Shown here: in pieces, positions 36,201-51,200 of the stretch | Position numbering within the stretch: the stretch's first letter is position 1 | Layout of the letters: each line of letters opens with the position of its first letter | DNA from: Eledone cirrhosa | Taxonomy: Eukaryota | Length of the DNA: 64,000 nucleotides | Direction: 5' to 3' | Assembly: GCA_964016885.1 (NCBI GenBank) | Contig: OZ024740.1 | Location: 406,534,001-406,598,000 of the forward strand | Notes under the pieces: model-generated | Told to the model about the DNA's origin: nothing | Database searches by the model: none | The model's input: only the letters and a program-made list of their open reading frames with translations | Made by a program: the position numbers and the translations under genes

Positions 36201-39200
36201 AGTCATTAGGTAGTAGTTATTGTGGATTTTATTATTAGTTAGTAGTCATTAGCTAGTAGTCATTGTGGATTCCGTTATTAGTTAGTAGTCATTAGCTAGT
36301 AGTCATTGTGGATTCCGTCATTAGTTAGTAGTCTTTGTGGATTCCGTTATTAGTTAGTAGTCGTTGTGCATTCCGTTATTAGTTAGTAGTCATTGTCGAT
36401 TCCGTTATGAGTTAGTAGTCATTGTGGATTTCATTATTAGTTAGTAGTCATTAGTTAGTAGTCTTTGTGGATTCCGTCATTAGTTAGTAGTCATTGTGGA
36501 TTCCGTTATTAGTTAGTAGTCATTGTGGATTCCGTTATTAGCTAGTAGTCATTAGCTAGTAGTCATTGTGGATTCCGTCATTACCTAGTAGTCATTGTGG
36601 ATTCCGTCATTACCTAGTAGTCATTGTGGATTCCGTCATTTGCTAGTAGTCATTGTGGATTCAGTTATTAGTTAGTAGTCATTGTGGATTCAGTCATTAG
36701 TTAGTAGTCATAAGCTAGTAGTCATTGTGGATTCCGACATTAGTTAGTAGTCATTGTGGATTCCGTTATTAGTTAGTAGTCATTAGCTAGTAGTCATTGT
36801 GGATTCCGTCATTACCTAGTAGTCATTGTGGATTCCGCCATTACCTAATAGTCATTGTGGATTCCGTCATTAGTTAGTAGTCATTGTGGATTCCGTTATT
36901 AGTTAGTAGTCATTAGCTACTAGTCATTTTGGATTCCGACATTAGTTAGTAGTCATTGTGGATTCCGTTATTAGTTAGTAGACATTAGCTAGTAGTCATT
37001 GTGGATTCCGTCAAAACCTAGTAGTCATTGTGGATTCCGTCATTACCTAGTAGTCATTGTGGATTCCGTCATTAGCTTATAGTCATTGTGGATTCAGTTA
37101 TTAGTTAGTAGTCATAAGCTAGTAGTCATTGTGGATTTCATTATAAGTTAGTAGTCGTAGTGGATTCCGTCATTAGCTAGAAGTCATTGTGGATTCCGTT
37201 ATTAGTTAGTAGTCATTACCTACTAGTCATTTTGGATTCCGACATTAGTTAGTAGTCATTGTGGATTCCGTTATTAGTTAGTAGACATTAGCTAGTAGTC
37301 ATTGTGGATTCCGTCATAACCTAGTAGTCATTGTGGATTCCGTCATTACCTAGTAGTCATTGTGGATTCCGTCATTAGCTAGTAGTCATTGTGGATTTCA
37401 TTATTAGTTAGTAGTCGTAGTGGATTCCGTCGTTAGCTAGAAGTCATTGTGGATTCCGTTATGAGTTACTAGTCATTAGCTAGTAGTAATTGTGGATTCC
37501 GTTATTAGTTAGTAGTCATTAACTAGTAGTCATTTAGGATTCCGTCATTCGCTAGTAGTCATTGTGGATTCCGTCATTAGTTAGTAGTCATTGTGGATTC
37601 CGTTTTTAGTTAGTAGTCATTAACTAGTAGTCATTGTGGATTCCGTCATTCGCTAGTAGTCATTATGGATTCCATTATTAGTTAGTAGTCATTTTGGATC
37701 CCATTATTAGTTAGTAGTCATTGGAGATTCCGTTATTAGTAAGTAGTCATTAGCTAGTAGTCATTGTGGATTCCGTCATTAGTTAATAGTCATTAACTAC
37801 CAGTCATTGTGGATCCGTCATTAGTTAGTAGTCATTGTGGATTTCGTTATTAGTTAGTAGTCATTGTGGATTCCGTTATTAGTTAGTAGTCATTAGCTAG
37901 TGGTCATTGTGGATTCCGTCATTAGTTAGTAGTCATTGTGGATTCCGTTATTAGTTAGTAGTCATTAACAAGTAGTCATTGTAGATTCCGTCATTAGCTA
38001 GTAGTCATTGTGGATTTAATTATTAGTTAGTAGTCATTAGCTAGTAGTCATTGTGGATTCCGTTATTAGTTAGTAGTGATTGTAGATTCCGTTATTAGTT
38101 AGTAGTCATCAGCTAGTAGTCATTGCGGATTCCGTCATTCGCTAGTAGTCATTGTGGATTCCGTCATTAGTTAGTAGTCATTGTGGATTCCGTTATTAGT
38201 TAGTAGTCATTGTGGATTCCGTTATTAGTTAGTAGCCATTGTGGAATCCGTTATCAGTTAGTAATCATTAGCTAGTAGTCGTTGTGGATTCCGTAATTAG
38301 TTAGTAGTCATTAGTTAGTAATCATTTTGGATTCCGACATTAGTTAGTAGTCATTGTGGATTCCGTTATTAGTTATTAGTCTTTAGCTAGTAGTCTTTGT
38401 GGATTCCGTCATTACCTAGGAGTCATTGTGGATTCCGTCATTACCTAGTAGTCATTGTGGATTCCGTCATTAGCTAGTAGTCATTGTGGATTCAGTTATT
38501 AGTTAGTAGTCATTAGCTAGTAGTCATTGTGGATTCCCTCATTAGTTAGTAGTCATTGTGGAATACGTTATTAGTTAGTAGTCATTAGCTAGTAGTCATT
38601 GTGGATTCCGTCATTAGTTAGTAGTCATTGTGGATTCCGTTATTAGTTAGTAGTCATTAGTTAGTAGTCATTGTGGATTCCGTTATTAGTTAGTAGTCAT
38701 TGTAGTTTCCGTTATTAGTTAGTAGTCATTGTGGATTCCGTCATTAGTTAATAGTCATTAACTACCAGTCATTGTGGATCCGTCATTAGTTAGTATTCAT
38801 TAGCTAGTGGTCATTGTGGCTTCCGTCATTAGTTAGTAGTCATTGTGGATTCCGTTATTAGTTAGTAGTCATTGTGGATTTAATTATTAGTTAGTAGTCA
38901 TTGGTTAGTAGTCATTGTGGATTCCGTCATTAGTCAGTAGTCCTTGTGGATTCCGTCATAAGTTAGTAGTCATTGTGGATTCCGTCATTAGTTAGTAGTC
39001 ATTAGCTAGAATACATTTTTGATTCCATAATTCGCTAGTAGTCATGGAGGATTCCTTTATTAGTTAGTAGTCGTTGTGGATTTCATTATTAGTTAATAGT
39101 CATTAGTTAGTAGTCTTTGTGGATTCCGTCATTAGTTAGTAGTCATTGTGCATTCGGTCATTAGTTAGTAGTCATTAGCTAGTATTCATTGTGGATTACC

Positions 39201-42200
39201 TCATTCGCAAGTAGTCATTGGGGATTCCGTTATTAGTTAGTAGTCATTGTGGATTCCGTCATTAGCTAGTAGTCATTGGCGATTCCCTTATTAGTTAGTA
39301 GTCATTGTGGATTCCGTCATTCGTTAGTAGTCATTGTGGATTCCGTTATTAGTTAATAGTCATTGTGGATTCCGTTATTAGCTAGTAGTCATTGTGGAAT
39401 CAGTTATTAGTTAGTAGTCATTAGGTAGTAGTTATTGCGGATTTTATTATTAGTTAGTATTCATTAGCTAGTAGTCATTGTGGATTCCGTTATTAGTTAG
39501 TAGTCATTAGCTAGTAGTCATTGTGGATTCCGTCATTAGTTAGTAGTCTTTGTGGATTCCGTTATTAGTTAGTAGTCGTTGTGCATTCCGTTATTAGTTA
39601 GTAGTCATTGTCGATTCCGTTATGAGTTAGTAGTCATTGTGGATTTCATTATTAGTTAGTAGTCATTAGTTAGTAGTCTTTGTGGATTCCGTCATTAGTT
39701 AGTAGTCATTGTGGATTCCGTTATTAGTTAGTAGTCATTGTGGATTCCGTTATTAGCTAGTAGTCATTAGCTAGTAGTCATTGTGGATTCCGTCATTACC
39801 TAGTAGTCATTGTGGATTCCGTCATTACCTAGTAGTCATTGTGGATTCCGTCATTTGCTAGTAGTCATTGTGGATTCAGTTATTAGTTAGTAGTCATTGT
39901 GGATTCAGTCATTAGTTAGTAGTCATAAGCTAGTAGTCATTGTGGATTCCGACATTAGTTAGTAGTCATTGTGGATTCCGTTATTAGTTAGTAGTCATTA
40001 GCTAGTAGTCATTGTGGATTCCGTCATTACCTAGTAGTCATTGTGGATTCCGTCATTACCTAATAGTCATTGTGGATTCCGTCATTCGTTAGTAGTCATT
40101 GTGGATTCCGTTATTAGTTAATAGTCATTGTGGATTCCGTTATTAGCTAGTAGTCATTGTGGAATCAGTTATTAGTTAGTAGTCATTAGGTAGTAGTTAT
40201 TGTGGATTTTATTATTAGTTAGTAGTCATTAGCTAGTAGTCATTGTGGATTCCGTTATTAGTTAGTAGTCATTAGCTAGTAGTCATTGTGGATTCCGTCA
40301 TTAGTTAGTAGTCTTTGTGGATTCCGTTATTAGTTAGTAGTCGTTGTGCATTCCGTTATTAGTTAGTAGTCATTGTCGATTCCGTTATGAGTTAGTAGTC
40401 ATTGTGGATTTCATTATTAGTTAGTAGTCATTAGTTAGTAGTCTTTGTGGATTCCGTCATTAGTTAGTAGTCATTGTGGATTCCGTTATTAGTTAGTAGT
40501 CATTGTGGATTCCGTTATTAGCTAGTAGTCATTAGCTAGTAGTCATTGTGGATTCCGTCATTACCTAGTAGTCATTGTGGATTCCGTCATTACCTAGTAG
40601 TCATTGTGGATTCCGTCATTTGCTAGTAGTCATTGTGGATTCAGTTATTAGTTAGTAGTCATTGTGGATTCAGTCATTAGTTAGTAGTCATAAGCTAGTA
40701 GTCATTGTGGATTCCGACATTAGTTAGTAGTCATTGTGGATTCCGTTATTAGTTAGTAGTCATTAGCTAGTAGTCATTGTGGATTCCGTCATTACCTAGT
40801 AGTCATTGTGGATTCCGTCATTACCTAATAGTCATTGTGGATTCCGTCATTAGTTAGTAGTCATTGTGGATTCCGTTATTAGTTAGTAGTCATTAGCTAC
40901 TAGTCATTTTGGATTCCGACATTAGTTAGTAGTCATTGTGGATTCCGTTATTAGTTAGTAGACATTAGCTAGTAGTCATTGTGGATTCCGTCAAAACCTA
41001 GTAGTCATTGTGGATTCCGTCATTACCTAGTAGTCATTGTGGATTCCGTCATTAGCTTATAGTCATTGTGGATTCAGTTATTAGTTAGTAGTCATAAGCT
41101 AGTAGTCATTGTGGATTTCATTATTAGTTAGTAGTCGTAGTGGATTCCGTCATTAGCTAGAAGTCATTGTGGATTCCGTTATGAGTTACTAGTCATTAGC
41201 TAGTAGTAATTGTGGATTCCGTTATTAGTTAGTAGTCATTAGCTAGTAGTCATTTAGGATTCCGTCATTCGCTAGTAGTCATTGTGGATTCCGTCATTAG
41301 TTAGTAGTCATTGTGGATTCCGTTATTAGTTAGTAGTCATTAACTAGTAGTCATTGTGGATTCCGTCATTCGCTAGTAGTCATTATGGATTCCATTATTA
41401 GTTACTAGTCATTTTGGATCACATTATTAGTTAGTAGTCATTGGAGATTCCGTTATTAGTAAGCAGTCATTAGCTAGTAGTCATTGTGGATTCCGTTATT
41501 AGTTAGTAGTGATTGTAGATTCCGTTATTAGTTAGTAGTCATTAGCTAGTAGTCATTGCGGATTCCGTCATTCGCTAGTAGTCATTGTGGATTCCGTCAT
41601 TAGTTAGTAGTCATTGTGGATTCCGTTATTAGTTAGTAGTCATTGTGGATTCCGTTAATAGTTAGTAGCCATTGTGGATTCCGTTATAAGTTAGTAATCA
41701 TTAGCTAGTAGTCGTTGTGGATTCCGTTATTAGTTAGTAGTCATTAGCTAGTAATCATTTTGGATTCCGACATTAGTTAGTAGTCATTGTGGATTCCGTT
41801 ATTAGTTATTAGTCATTAGCTAGTAGTCATTGTGGATTCCGTCATTACCTAGGAGTCATTGTGGATTCCGTTATTACCTAGTATTCATTGTGGATTCCGT
41901 CATTAGCTAGTAGTCATTGTGGATTCAGTTATTAGTTAGTAGTCATTAGCTAGTAGTCATTGTGGATTCCCTCATTAGTTAGTAGTCATTGTGGAATACG
42001 TTATTAGTTAGTAGTCATTAGCTAGTAGTCATTGTGGATTCCGTCATTAGTTAGTAGTCATTGTGGATTCCGTTATTAGTTAGTAGTCATTAGTTAGTAG
42101 TCATTGTGGATTCCGTTATTAGTTAGTAGTCATTGTAGTTTCCGTTATTAGTTAGTAGTCATTGTGGATTCCGTCATTAGTTAATAGTCATTAACTACCA

Positions 42201-45200
42201 GTCATTGTGGATCCGTCATTAGTTAGTAGTCATTAGCTAGTGGTCATTGTGGCTTCCGTCATTAGTTAGTAGTCATTGTGGATTCCGTTATTAGTTAGTA
42301 GTCATTGTGGATTCCGTTATTAGTTAGTAGTCATTAGCTAGTGGTCATTGTGGATTCCGTCATTAGTTAGTAGTCATTGTGGATTCCGTTATTAGTTAGT
42401 AGTCATTAACAAGTAGTCATTGTAGATTCCGTCATTAGCTAGTAGTCATTGTGGATTTAATTATTAGTTAGTAGTCATTAGCTAGTAGTCATTGTGGATT
42501 CCGTTATTAGTTAGTAGTGATTGTAGATTCCGTTATTAGTTAGTAGTCATCAGCTAGTAGTCATTGCGGATTCCGTCATTCGCTAGTAGTCATTGTGGAT
42601 TCCGTCATTAGTTAGTAGTCATTGTGGATTCCGTTATTAGTTAGTAGTCATTGTGGATTCCGTTATTAGTTAGTAGCCATTGTGGATTCCGTTATCAGTT
42701 AGTAATCATTAGCTAGTAGTCGTTGTGGATTCCGTAATTAGTTAGTAGTCATTAGTTAGTAATCATTTTGGATTCCGACATTAGTTAGTAGTCATTGTGG
42801 ATTCCGTTATTAGTTATTAGTCATTAGCTAGTAGTCTTTGTGGATTCCGTCATTACCTAGGAGTCATTGTGGATTCCGTCATTACCTAGTAGTCATTGTG
42901 GATTCCGTCATTAGCTAGTAGTCATTGTGGATTCAGTTATTAGTTAGTAGTCATTAGCTAGTAGTCATTGTGGATTCCGTCATTAGTTAGTAGTCATTGT
43001 GGATTCCGTTATTAGTTAGTAGTCATTAGTTAGTAGTCATTGTGGATTCCGTTATTAGTTAGTAGTCATTGTAGTTTCCGTTATTAGTTAGTAGTCATTG
43101 TGGATTCCGTCATTAGTTAATAGTCATTAACTACCAGTCATTGTGGATCCGTCATTAGTTAGTATTCATTAGCTAGTGGTCATTGTGGCTTCCGTCATTA
43201 GTTAGTAGTCATTGTGGATTCCGTTATTAGTTAGTAGTCATTGTGGATTTAATTATTAGTTAGTAGTCATTGGTTAGTAGTCATTGTGGATTCCGTCATT
43301 AGTCAGTAGTCCTTGTGGATTCCGTCATAAGTTAGTAGTCATTGTGGATTCCGTCATTAGTTAGTAGTCATTAGCTAGAATACATTTTTGATTCCATAAT
43401 TCGCTAGTAGTCATGGAGGATTCCTTTATTAGTTAGTAGTCGTTGTGGATTTCATTATCAGTTAATAGTCATTAGTTAGAAGTCTTTGTGGATTCCGTCA
43501 TTAGTTAGTAGTCATTGTGCATTCGGTCAATAGTTAGTAGTCATTAGCTAGTATTCATTGTGGATTACCTCATTCGCAAGTAGTCATTGGGGATTCCGTT
43601 ATTAGTTAGTAGTCATTGTGGATTCCGTCATTAGCTAGTAGTCATTGGCGATTCCCTTATTAGTTAGTAGTCATTGTGGATTCCGTCATTCGTTAGTAGT
43701 CATTGTGGATTCCGTTATTAGTTAATAGTCATTGTGGATTCCGTTATTAGCTAGTAGTCATTGTGGAATCAGTTATTAGTTAGTAGTCATTAGGTAGTAG
43801 TTATGGTGGATTTTATTATTAGTTAGTAGTCATTAGCTAGTAGTCATTGTGGATTCCGTTATTAGTTAGTAGTCATTAGCTAGTAGTCATTGTGGATTCC
43901 GTCATTAGTTAGTAGTCTTTGTGGATTCCGTTATTAGTTAGTAGTCGTTGTGCATTCCGTTATTAGTTAGTAGTCATTGTCGAATCCGTTATGAGTTAGT
44001 AGTCATTGTGGATTTCATTATTAGTTAGAAGTCATTAGTTAGTAGTCTTTGTGGATTCCGTCATTAGTTAGTAGTCATTGTGGATTCCGTTATTAGTTAG
44101 TAGTCATTGTGGATTGCGTTATTAGCTAGTAGTCATTAGCTAGTAGTCATTGTGGATTCCGTCATTACCTAGTAGTCATTGTGGATTCCGTCATTTGCTA
44201 GTAGTCATTGTGGATTCAGTTATTAGTTAGTAGTCATTGTGGATTCAGTCATTAGTTAGTAGTCATAAGCTAGTAGTCATTGTGGATTCCGACATTAGTT
44301 AGTAGTCATTGTGGATTCCGTTATTAGTTAGTAGTCATTAGCTAGTAGTCATTGTGGATTCCGTCATTACCTAGTAGTCATTGTGGATTCCGTCATTACC
44401 TAGTAGTCATTGTGGATTCCGTCATTAGTTAGTAGTCATTGTGGATTCCGTTATTAGTTAGTAGTCATTAGCTACTAGTCATTTTGGATTCCGACATTAG
44501 TTAGTAGTCATTGTGGATTCCGTTATTAGTTAGTAGACATTAGCTAGTATTCATTGTGGATTCCGTCAAAACCTAGTAGTCATTGTGGATTCCGTCATTA
44601 CCTAGTAGTCATTGTGGATTCCGTCATTAGCTTATAGTCATTGTGGATTCAGTTATTAGTTAGTAGTCATAAGCTAGTAGTCATTGTGGATTTCATTATT
44701 AGTTAGTAGTCGTAGTGGATTCCGTCATTAGCTAGAAGTCATTGTGGATTCCGTTATGAGTTACTAGTCATTAGCTAGTAGTAATTGTGGATTCCGTTAT
44801 TAGTTAGTAGTCATTAGCTAGTAGTCATTTAGGATTCCGTCATTCGCTAGTAGTCATTGTGGATTCCGTCATTAGTTAGTAGTCATTGTGGATTCCGTTA
44901 TTAGTTAGTAGTCATTAACTAGTAGTCATTGTGGATTCCGTCATTCGCTAGTAGTCATTATGGATTCCATTATTAGTTAGTAGTCATTTTGGATCCCATT
45001 ATTAGTTAGTAGTCATTGGAGATTCCGTTATTAGTAAGTAGTCATTAGCTAGTAGTCATTGTGGATTCCGTTATTAGTTAGTAGTCATTAGCTAGTAGTT
45101 ATTGTGGATTCCGTCATTAGTTAGTAGTCATTGTGGATTCCGTTATTAGTTAGTAGTCATTAACTAGTAGTCATTGTGGATTCCGTCATTCGCTAGTAGT

Positions 45201-48200
45201 CATTATGGATTCCATTATTAGTTAGTAGTCATTTTGGATCACATTATTAGTTAGTAGTCATTGGAGATTCCGTTATTAGTAAGTAGTCATTAGCTAGTAG
45301 TCATTGTGGATTCCGTTATTAGTTAGTAGTGATTGTAGATTCCGTTATTAGTTAGTAGTCATTAGCTAGTAGTCATTGCGGATTCCGTCATTCGCTAGTA
45401 GTCATTGTGGATTCCGTCATTAGTTAGTAGTCATTGTGGATTCCGTTATTAGTTAGTAGTCATTGTGGATTCCGTTAATAGTTAGTAGCCATTGTGGATT
45501 CCGTTATAAGTTAGTAATCATTAGCTAGTAGTCGTTGTGGATTCCGTTATTAGTTAGTAGACATTAGCTAGTAATCATTTTGGATTCCGACATTAGTTAG
45601 TAGTCATTGTGGATTCCGTTATTAGTTATTAGTCATTAGCTAGTAGTCATTGTGGATTCCGTCATTACCTAGGAGTCATTGTGGATTCCGTCATTACCTA
45701 GTATTCATTGTGGATTCCGTCATTAGCTAGTAGTTATTGTGGATTCAGTTATTAGTTAGTAGTCATTAGCTAGTAGTCATTGTGGATTCCCTCATTAGTT
45801 AGTAGTCATTGTGGAATACGTTATTAGTTAGTACTCATTAGCTAGTAGTCATTGTGGATTCCGTCATTAGTTAGTAGTCATTGTGGATACCGTTATTAGT
45901 TAGTAGTCATTAGTTAGTAGTCATTGTGGATTCCGTTATTAGTTAGTAGTCATTGTAGTTTCCGTTATTAGTTAGTAGTCATTGTGGATTCCGTCATTAG
46001 TTAATAGTCATTAACTACCAGTCATTGTGGATCCGTCATTAGTTAGTAGTCATTAGCTAGTGGTCATTGTGGCTTCCGTCATTAGTTAGTAGTCATTGTG
46101 GATTCCGTTATTAGTTAGTAGTCATTGTGGATTTAATTATTAATTAGTAGTCATTGGTTAGTAGTCATTGTGGATTCCGTCATTAGTCAGTAGTCCTTGT
46201 GGATTCCGTCATAAGTTAGTAGTAATTGTGGATTCCGTCATTAGTTAGTAGTCATTAGCTAGAATTCATTTTTGATTCCATAATTCGCCAGTAGTCATGG
46301 AGGATTCCTTTATTAGTTAGTAGTCATTGTGGATTTCATTATTAGTTAATAGTCATTAGTTAGTAGTCATTGTGCATTCGCTCATTAGTTAGTAGTCATT
46401 AGCTAGTAGTCATTAGCTAGTATTCATTGTGGATTACCTCATTCGCAAGTAGTCATTGGGGATTCCGTTATTAGTTAGTAGTCATTGTGGATTCCGTCAT
46501 TAGCTAGTAGTCTTTGGCGATTCCCTTATTAGTTAGTAGTCATTGTGGATTCCGTCATTTGTTAGTAGTCATTGTGGATTCCGTTATTAGTTAATAGTCA
46601 TTGTGGATTCCGTTATTAGCTAGTAGTCATTGTGGAATCAGTTATTAGTTAGTAGTCATTAGCTAGTAGTTATTGTGGATTTTGTTATTAGTTAGTAGTC
46701 ATTAGCTAGTAGTCATTGTGGATTCCGTTATTAGTTAGTAGTCATTAGCTAGTAGTCATTGTGGATTCCGTCATTAGTTAGTAGTCTTTGTGGATTCCGT
46801 TATTAGTTAGTAGTCTTTGTGGATTCCGTTATTAGTAAGTAGTCATTAGCTAGTAGTCATCGTGGATTCCGTCATTAGTTAGTAGTCATTGTGGATTCCG
46901 TTATTAGTTAGTAGTCGTTGTGCATTCCGTTATTAGTTAGTAGTCTTTGTGGATTCCGTTATTAGTAATTAGTCATTAGCTAGTAGTCATTGTGGATTCC
47001 CTCATTAGTTAGTAGTCATTGTGGATTCCGTTATTAGTTAGTAGTCATTAGCTAGTAGTCATTGTGGATTTCATTATTAGTTAGTAGTCATTAGTTAGTA
47101 GTCTTTGTGGATTCCGTCATTAGTTAGTAGTCATTGTGGATTCCGTCATTAGTTAGTAGTCATTAGTTAGTAGTCATTAGCTAGTAGTCATTAGCTAGTA
47201 GTCATTGTGGATTCCGTCATTCGCTAGTAGACATTGTGGATTCCGTTATTAGTTAGTAGTCATTGTGGATTCCGTCATTAGTTAGTAGTCATTGTCGATT
47301 CCGTTATGAGTTAGTAGTCATTAGCTAGTAGTCATTGTGGATTCCGTTATTAGTTAGTAGTCATTGTGGATTCTATCATTCGCAAGTAGTCATTGTGGAT
47401 TCCGTTATTAGTTAGTAGTCTTTGTGGATTCCGTTATTAGTAAGTAGTCATTAGCTAGTAGTCATTGTGGATTCCGTCATTAGTTAGTAGTCATTGTGTA
47501 TTCCGTCATTAGTTAGTAATCATTGTGGATTCCGTTATTAGTTAGTAGTCATTGTGGATTCCGTTATTAGCTAGTAGTCATTAGCTAGTAGTCATCGTGG
47601 ATTACGTCATTACCTAGTAGTCATTGTGGATTCCGTCATTACCTAGTAGTCATTGTGGAATCCGTCATTAGTTAGTAGTCATTGTGGATTCCGTTATTAG
47701 TTAGTAGTCATTGTGGATTCAGTTATTAGTTAGTAGTCATAAGCTAGTAGTCATTGTGGATTCCGACATTAGTTAGTAGTCATTGTGGATTGAGTTATTA
47801 GTTAGTAGTCATTGTGGATTCAGTTATTAGTTAGTAGTCGTAAGCTAGTAGTCATTGTGGATTCCGACATTAGTTAGTAGTCATTGTGGATTCCGTTATT
47901 AGTTAGTAGTCATTAGCTAGTAGTCATTGTGGATTCCGTCATTACCTAGTAGTCATTGTGGATTCCGTCATTACCTAGTAGTCATTGTGGATTCCGTCAT
48001 TAGTTAGTAGTCATTGTGGATTCTGTTATTAGTTAGTAGTCATTAGCTACTAGTCATTTTGGATTCCGACATTAGTTAGTAGTCATTGTGGATTCCGTTA
48101 TTAGTTAGTAGACATTAGCTATTAGTCATTGTGGATTCCGTCATTACCTAGTAGTCATTGTGGATTCCGTCATTACCTAGTCATTGTGGATTCCGTTATT

Positions 48201-51200
48201 AGTTAGTAGACATTAGCTATTAGTCATTGTGGATTCCGTCATTACCTAGTAGTCATTGTGGATTCCGTCATTAGCTAGTAGTCATTGTGGATTCAGTTAT
48301 TAGTTAGTAGTCATAAGCTAGTAGTCATTGTGGATTTCATTATTAGTTAGTAGTCGTAGTGGATTCCGTCATTAACTAGAAGCCATTGTGCATTCCGTTA
48401 TTAGTTACTAGTCATTAGCTAGTAGTCATTGTGGATTCCGTTATTAGTTAGTAGTCATTAGCTAGTAGTCATTTAGGATTCCATCATTCGCTAGTAGTCA
48501 TTGTGGATTCCGTCATTAGTTAGTAGTCATTATGGATTCCATTATTAGTTAGTAGTCATTTTGGATCCCATTATTAGTTAGTAGTCATTGTAGATTCCGT
48601 TATTAGTAAGTAGTTATTAGCTAGTAGTCATTGTAGATTCCGTCATTAGAAAATAGTCATTAACTACCAGTCATTGTGGATCCGTCATTAGTTAGTAGTC
48701 ATTGTGGATTCCGTTATTAGTTAGTAGTCATTGTGGATTCCGTTATTAGTTAGTAGTCATTAGCTAGTAGTCATTGTAGATTCCGTCATTAGCTAGTAGT
48801 CATTGTGGATTTAATTATTAGTTAGTAGTCATTGGCTAGTAGTCATTGTGGATTCCGTTATTAGTTAGTAGTGATTGTAGATTCCGTTATTAGTTAGTAG
48901 TCATTAGCTAGTAGTCATTGCGGATTCCGTCATTCGCTAGTAGTCATTGTGGATTCCGTCATTAGTTAGTAGTCATTGTGGATTCCGTTATTAGTTAGTA
49001 GTCATTGTGGATTCCGTTATTAGTTAGTAGCCATTGTGGATTCCGTTATCAGTTAGTAATCATTAGCTAGTAGTCGTTGTGGATTCCGTTATTAGTTAGT
49101 AATCATTAGCTAGTAGTCATTGTGGATTCCCTCATTAGTTAGTAATCATTGTGGAATACGTTATTAGTTAGTAGTCATTAGCTAGTAGTCATTGTGGATT
49201 CCGTCATTAGTTAGTACTCATTGTGGATTCCGTTATTAGTTAGTAGTCATTAGTTAGTAGTCATTGTGGATTCCGTTATTAGTTAGTTGTCATTGTGGAT
49301 TCCGTCATTAGCTAGTAGTCATTGGCGATTCCCTTATTAGTTAGTAGTCATTGTGGATTCCGTCATTCGTTAGTAGTCATTGTGGATTCCGTTATTAGTT
49401 AATAGTCATTGTGGATTCCGTTATTAGCTAGTAGTCATTCTGGAATCAGTTATTAGTTAGTAGTCATTAGCTAGTAGTTATTGTGGATTCCGTTATTAGT
49501 TAGTAGTCATTAGCTAGTAGTCATTGTGGATTCCGTTATTAGTTAGTAGTCATTAGCTAGTAGTCATTGTGGATTCTGTCATTACCTAGTAGTCATTGTG
49601 GATTCCGTCATTAGTTAGTAGTCTTTGTGGATTCCGTTATTAGTAAGTAGTTATTAGCTAGTAGTCATTGTGGATTCCGTCATTAGTTAGTAGTCATTGT
49701 GGATTCCGTTATTAGTTAGTAGTCATTGTGGATTCCGTTATTAGCTAGTAGTCATTGTGGAATCAGTTATTAGTTAGTAGTCATTAGGTAGTAGTTATGG
49801 TGGATTTTATTATTAGTTAGTAGTCATTAGCTAGTAGTCATTGTGGATTCCGTTATTAGTTAGTAGTCATTAGCTAGTAGTCATTGTGGATTCCGTCATT
49901 AGTTAGTAGTCTTTGTGGATTCCGTTATTAGTTAGTAGTCGTTGTGCATTCCGTTATTAGTTAGTAGTCATTGTCGAATCCGTTATGAGTTAGTAGTCAT
50001 TGTGGATTTCATTATTAGTTAGAAGTCATTAGTTAGTAGTCTTTGTGGATTCCGTCATTAGTTAGTAGTCATTGTGGATTCCGTTATTAGTTAGTAGTCA
50101 TTGTGGATTGCGTTATTAGCTAGTAGTCATTAGCTAGTAGTCATTGTGGATTCCGTCATTACCTAGTAGTCATTGTGGATTCCGTCATTTGCTAGTAGTC
50201 ATTGTGGATTCAGTTATTAGTTAGTAGTCATTGTGGATTCAGTCATTAGTTAGTAGTCATAAGCTAGTAGTCATTGTGGATTCCGACATTAGTTAGTAGT
50301 CATTGTGGATTCCGTTATTAGTTAGTAGTCATTAGCTAGTAGTCATTGTGGATTCCGTCATTACCTAGTAGTCATTGTGGATTCCGTCATTACCTAATAG
50401 TCGTTGTGGATTCCGTCATTAGTTAGTAGTCATTGTGGATTCCGTTATTAGTTAGTAGTCATTAGCTACTAGTCATTTTGGATTCCGACATTAGTTAGTA
50501 GTCATTGTGGATTCCGTTATTAGTTAGTAGACATTAGCTAGTATTCATTGTGGATTCCGTCAAAACCTAGTAGTCATTGTGGATTCCGTCATTACCTAGT
50601 AGTCATTGTGGATTCCGTCATTAGCTTATAGTCATTGTGGATTCAGTTATTAGTTAGTAGTCATAAGCTAGTAGTCATTGTGGATTTCATTATTAGTTAG
50701 TAGTCGTAGTGGATTCCGTCATTAGCTAGAAGTCATTGTGGATTCCGTTATGAGTTACTAGTCATTAGCTAGTAGTAATTGTGGATTCCGTTATTAGTTA
50801 GTAGTCATTAGCTAGTAGTCATTTAGGATTCCGTCATTCGCTAGTAGTCATTTTGGATTCCGTCATTAGTTAGTAGTCATTGTGGATTCCGTTATTAGTT
50901 AGTAGTCATTAACTAGTAGTCATTGTGGATTCCGTCATTCGCTAGTAGTCATTATGGATTCCATTATTAGTTAGTAGTCATTTTGGATCCCATTATTAGT
51001 TAGTAGTCATTGGAGATTCCGTTATTAGTAAGTAGTCATTAGCTAGTAGTCATTGTGGATTCCGTTATTAGTTAGTAGTCATTAGCTAGTAGTTATTGTG
51101 GATTCCGTCATTAGTTAGTAGTCATTGTGGATTCCGTTATTAGTTAGTAGTCATTAACTAGTAGTCATTGTGGATTCCGTCATTCGCTAGTAGTCATTAT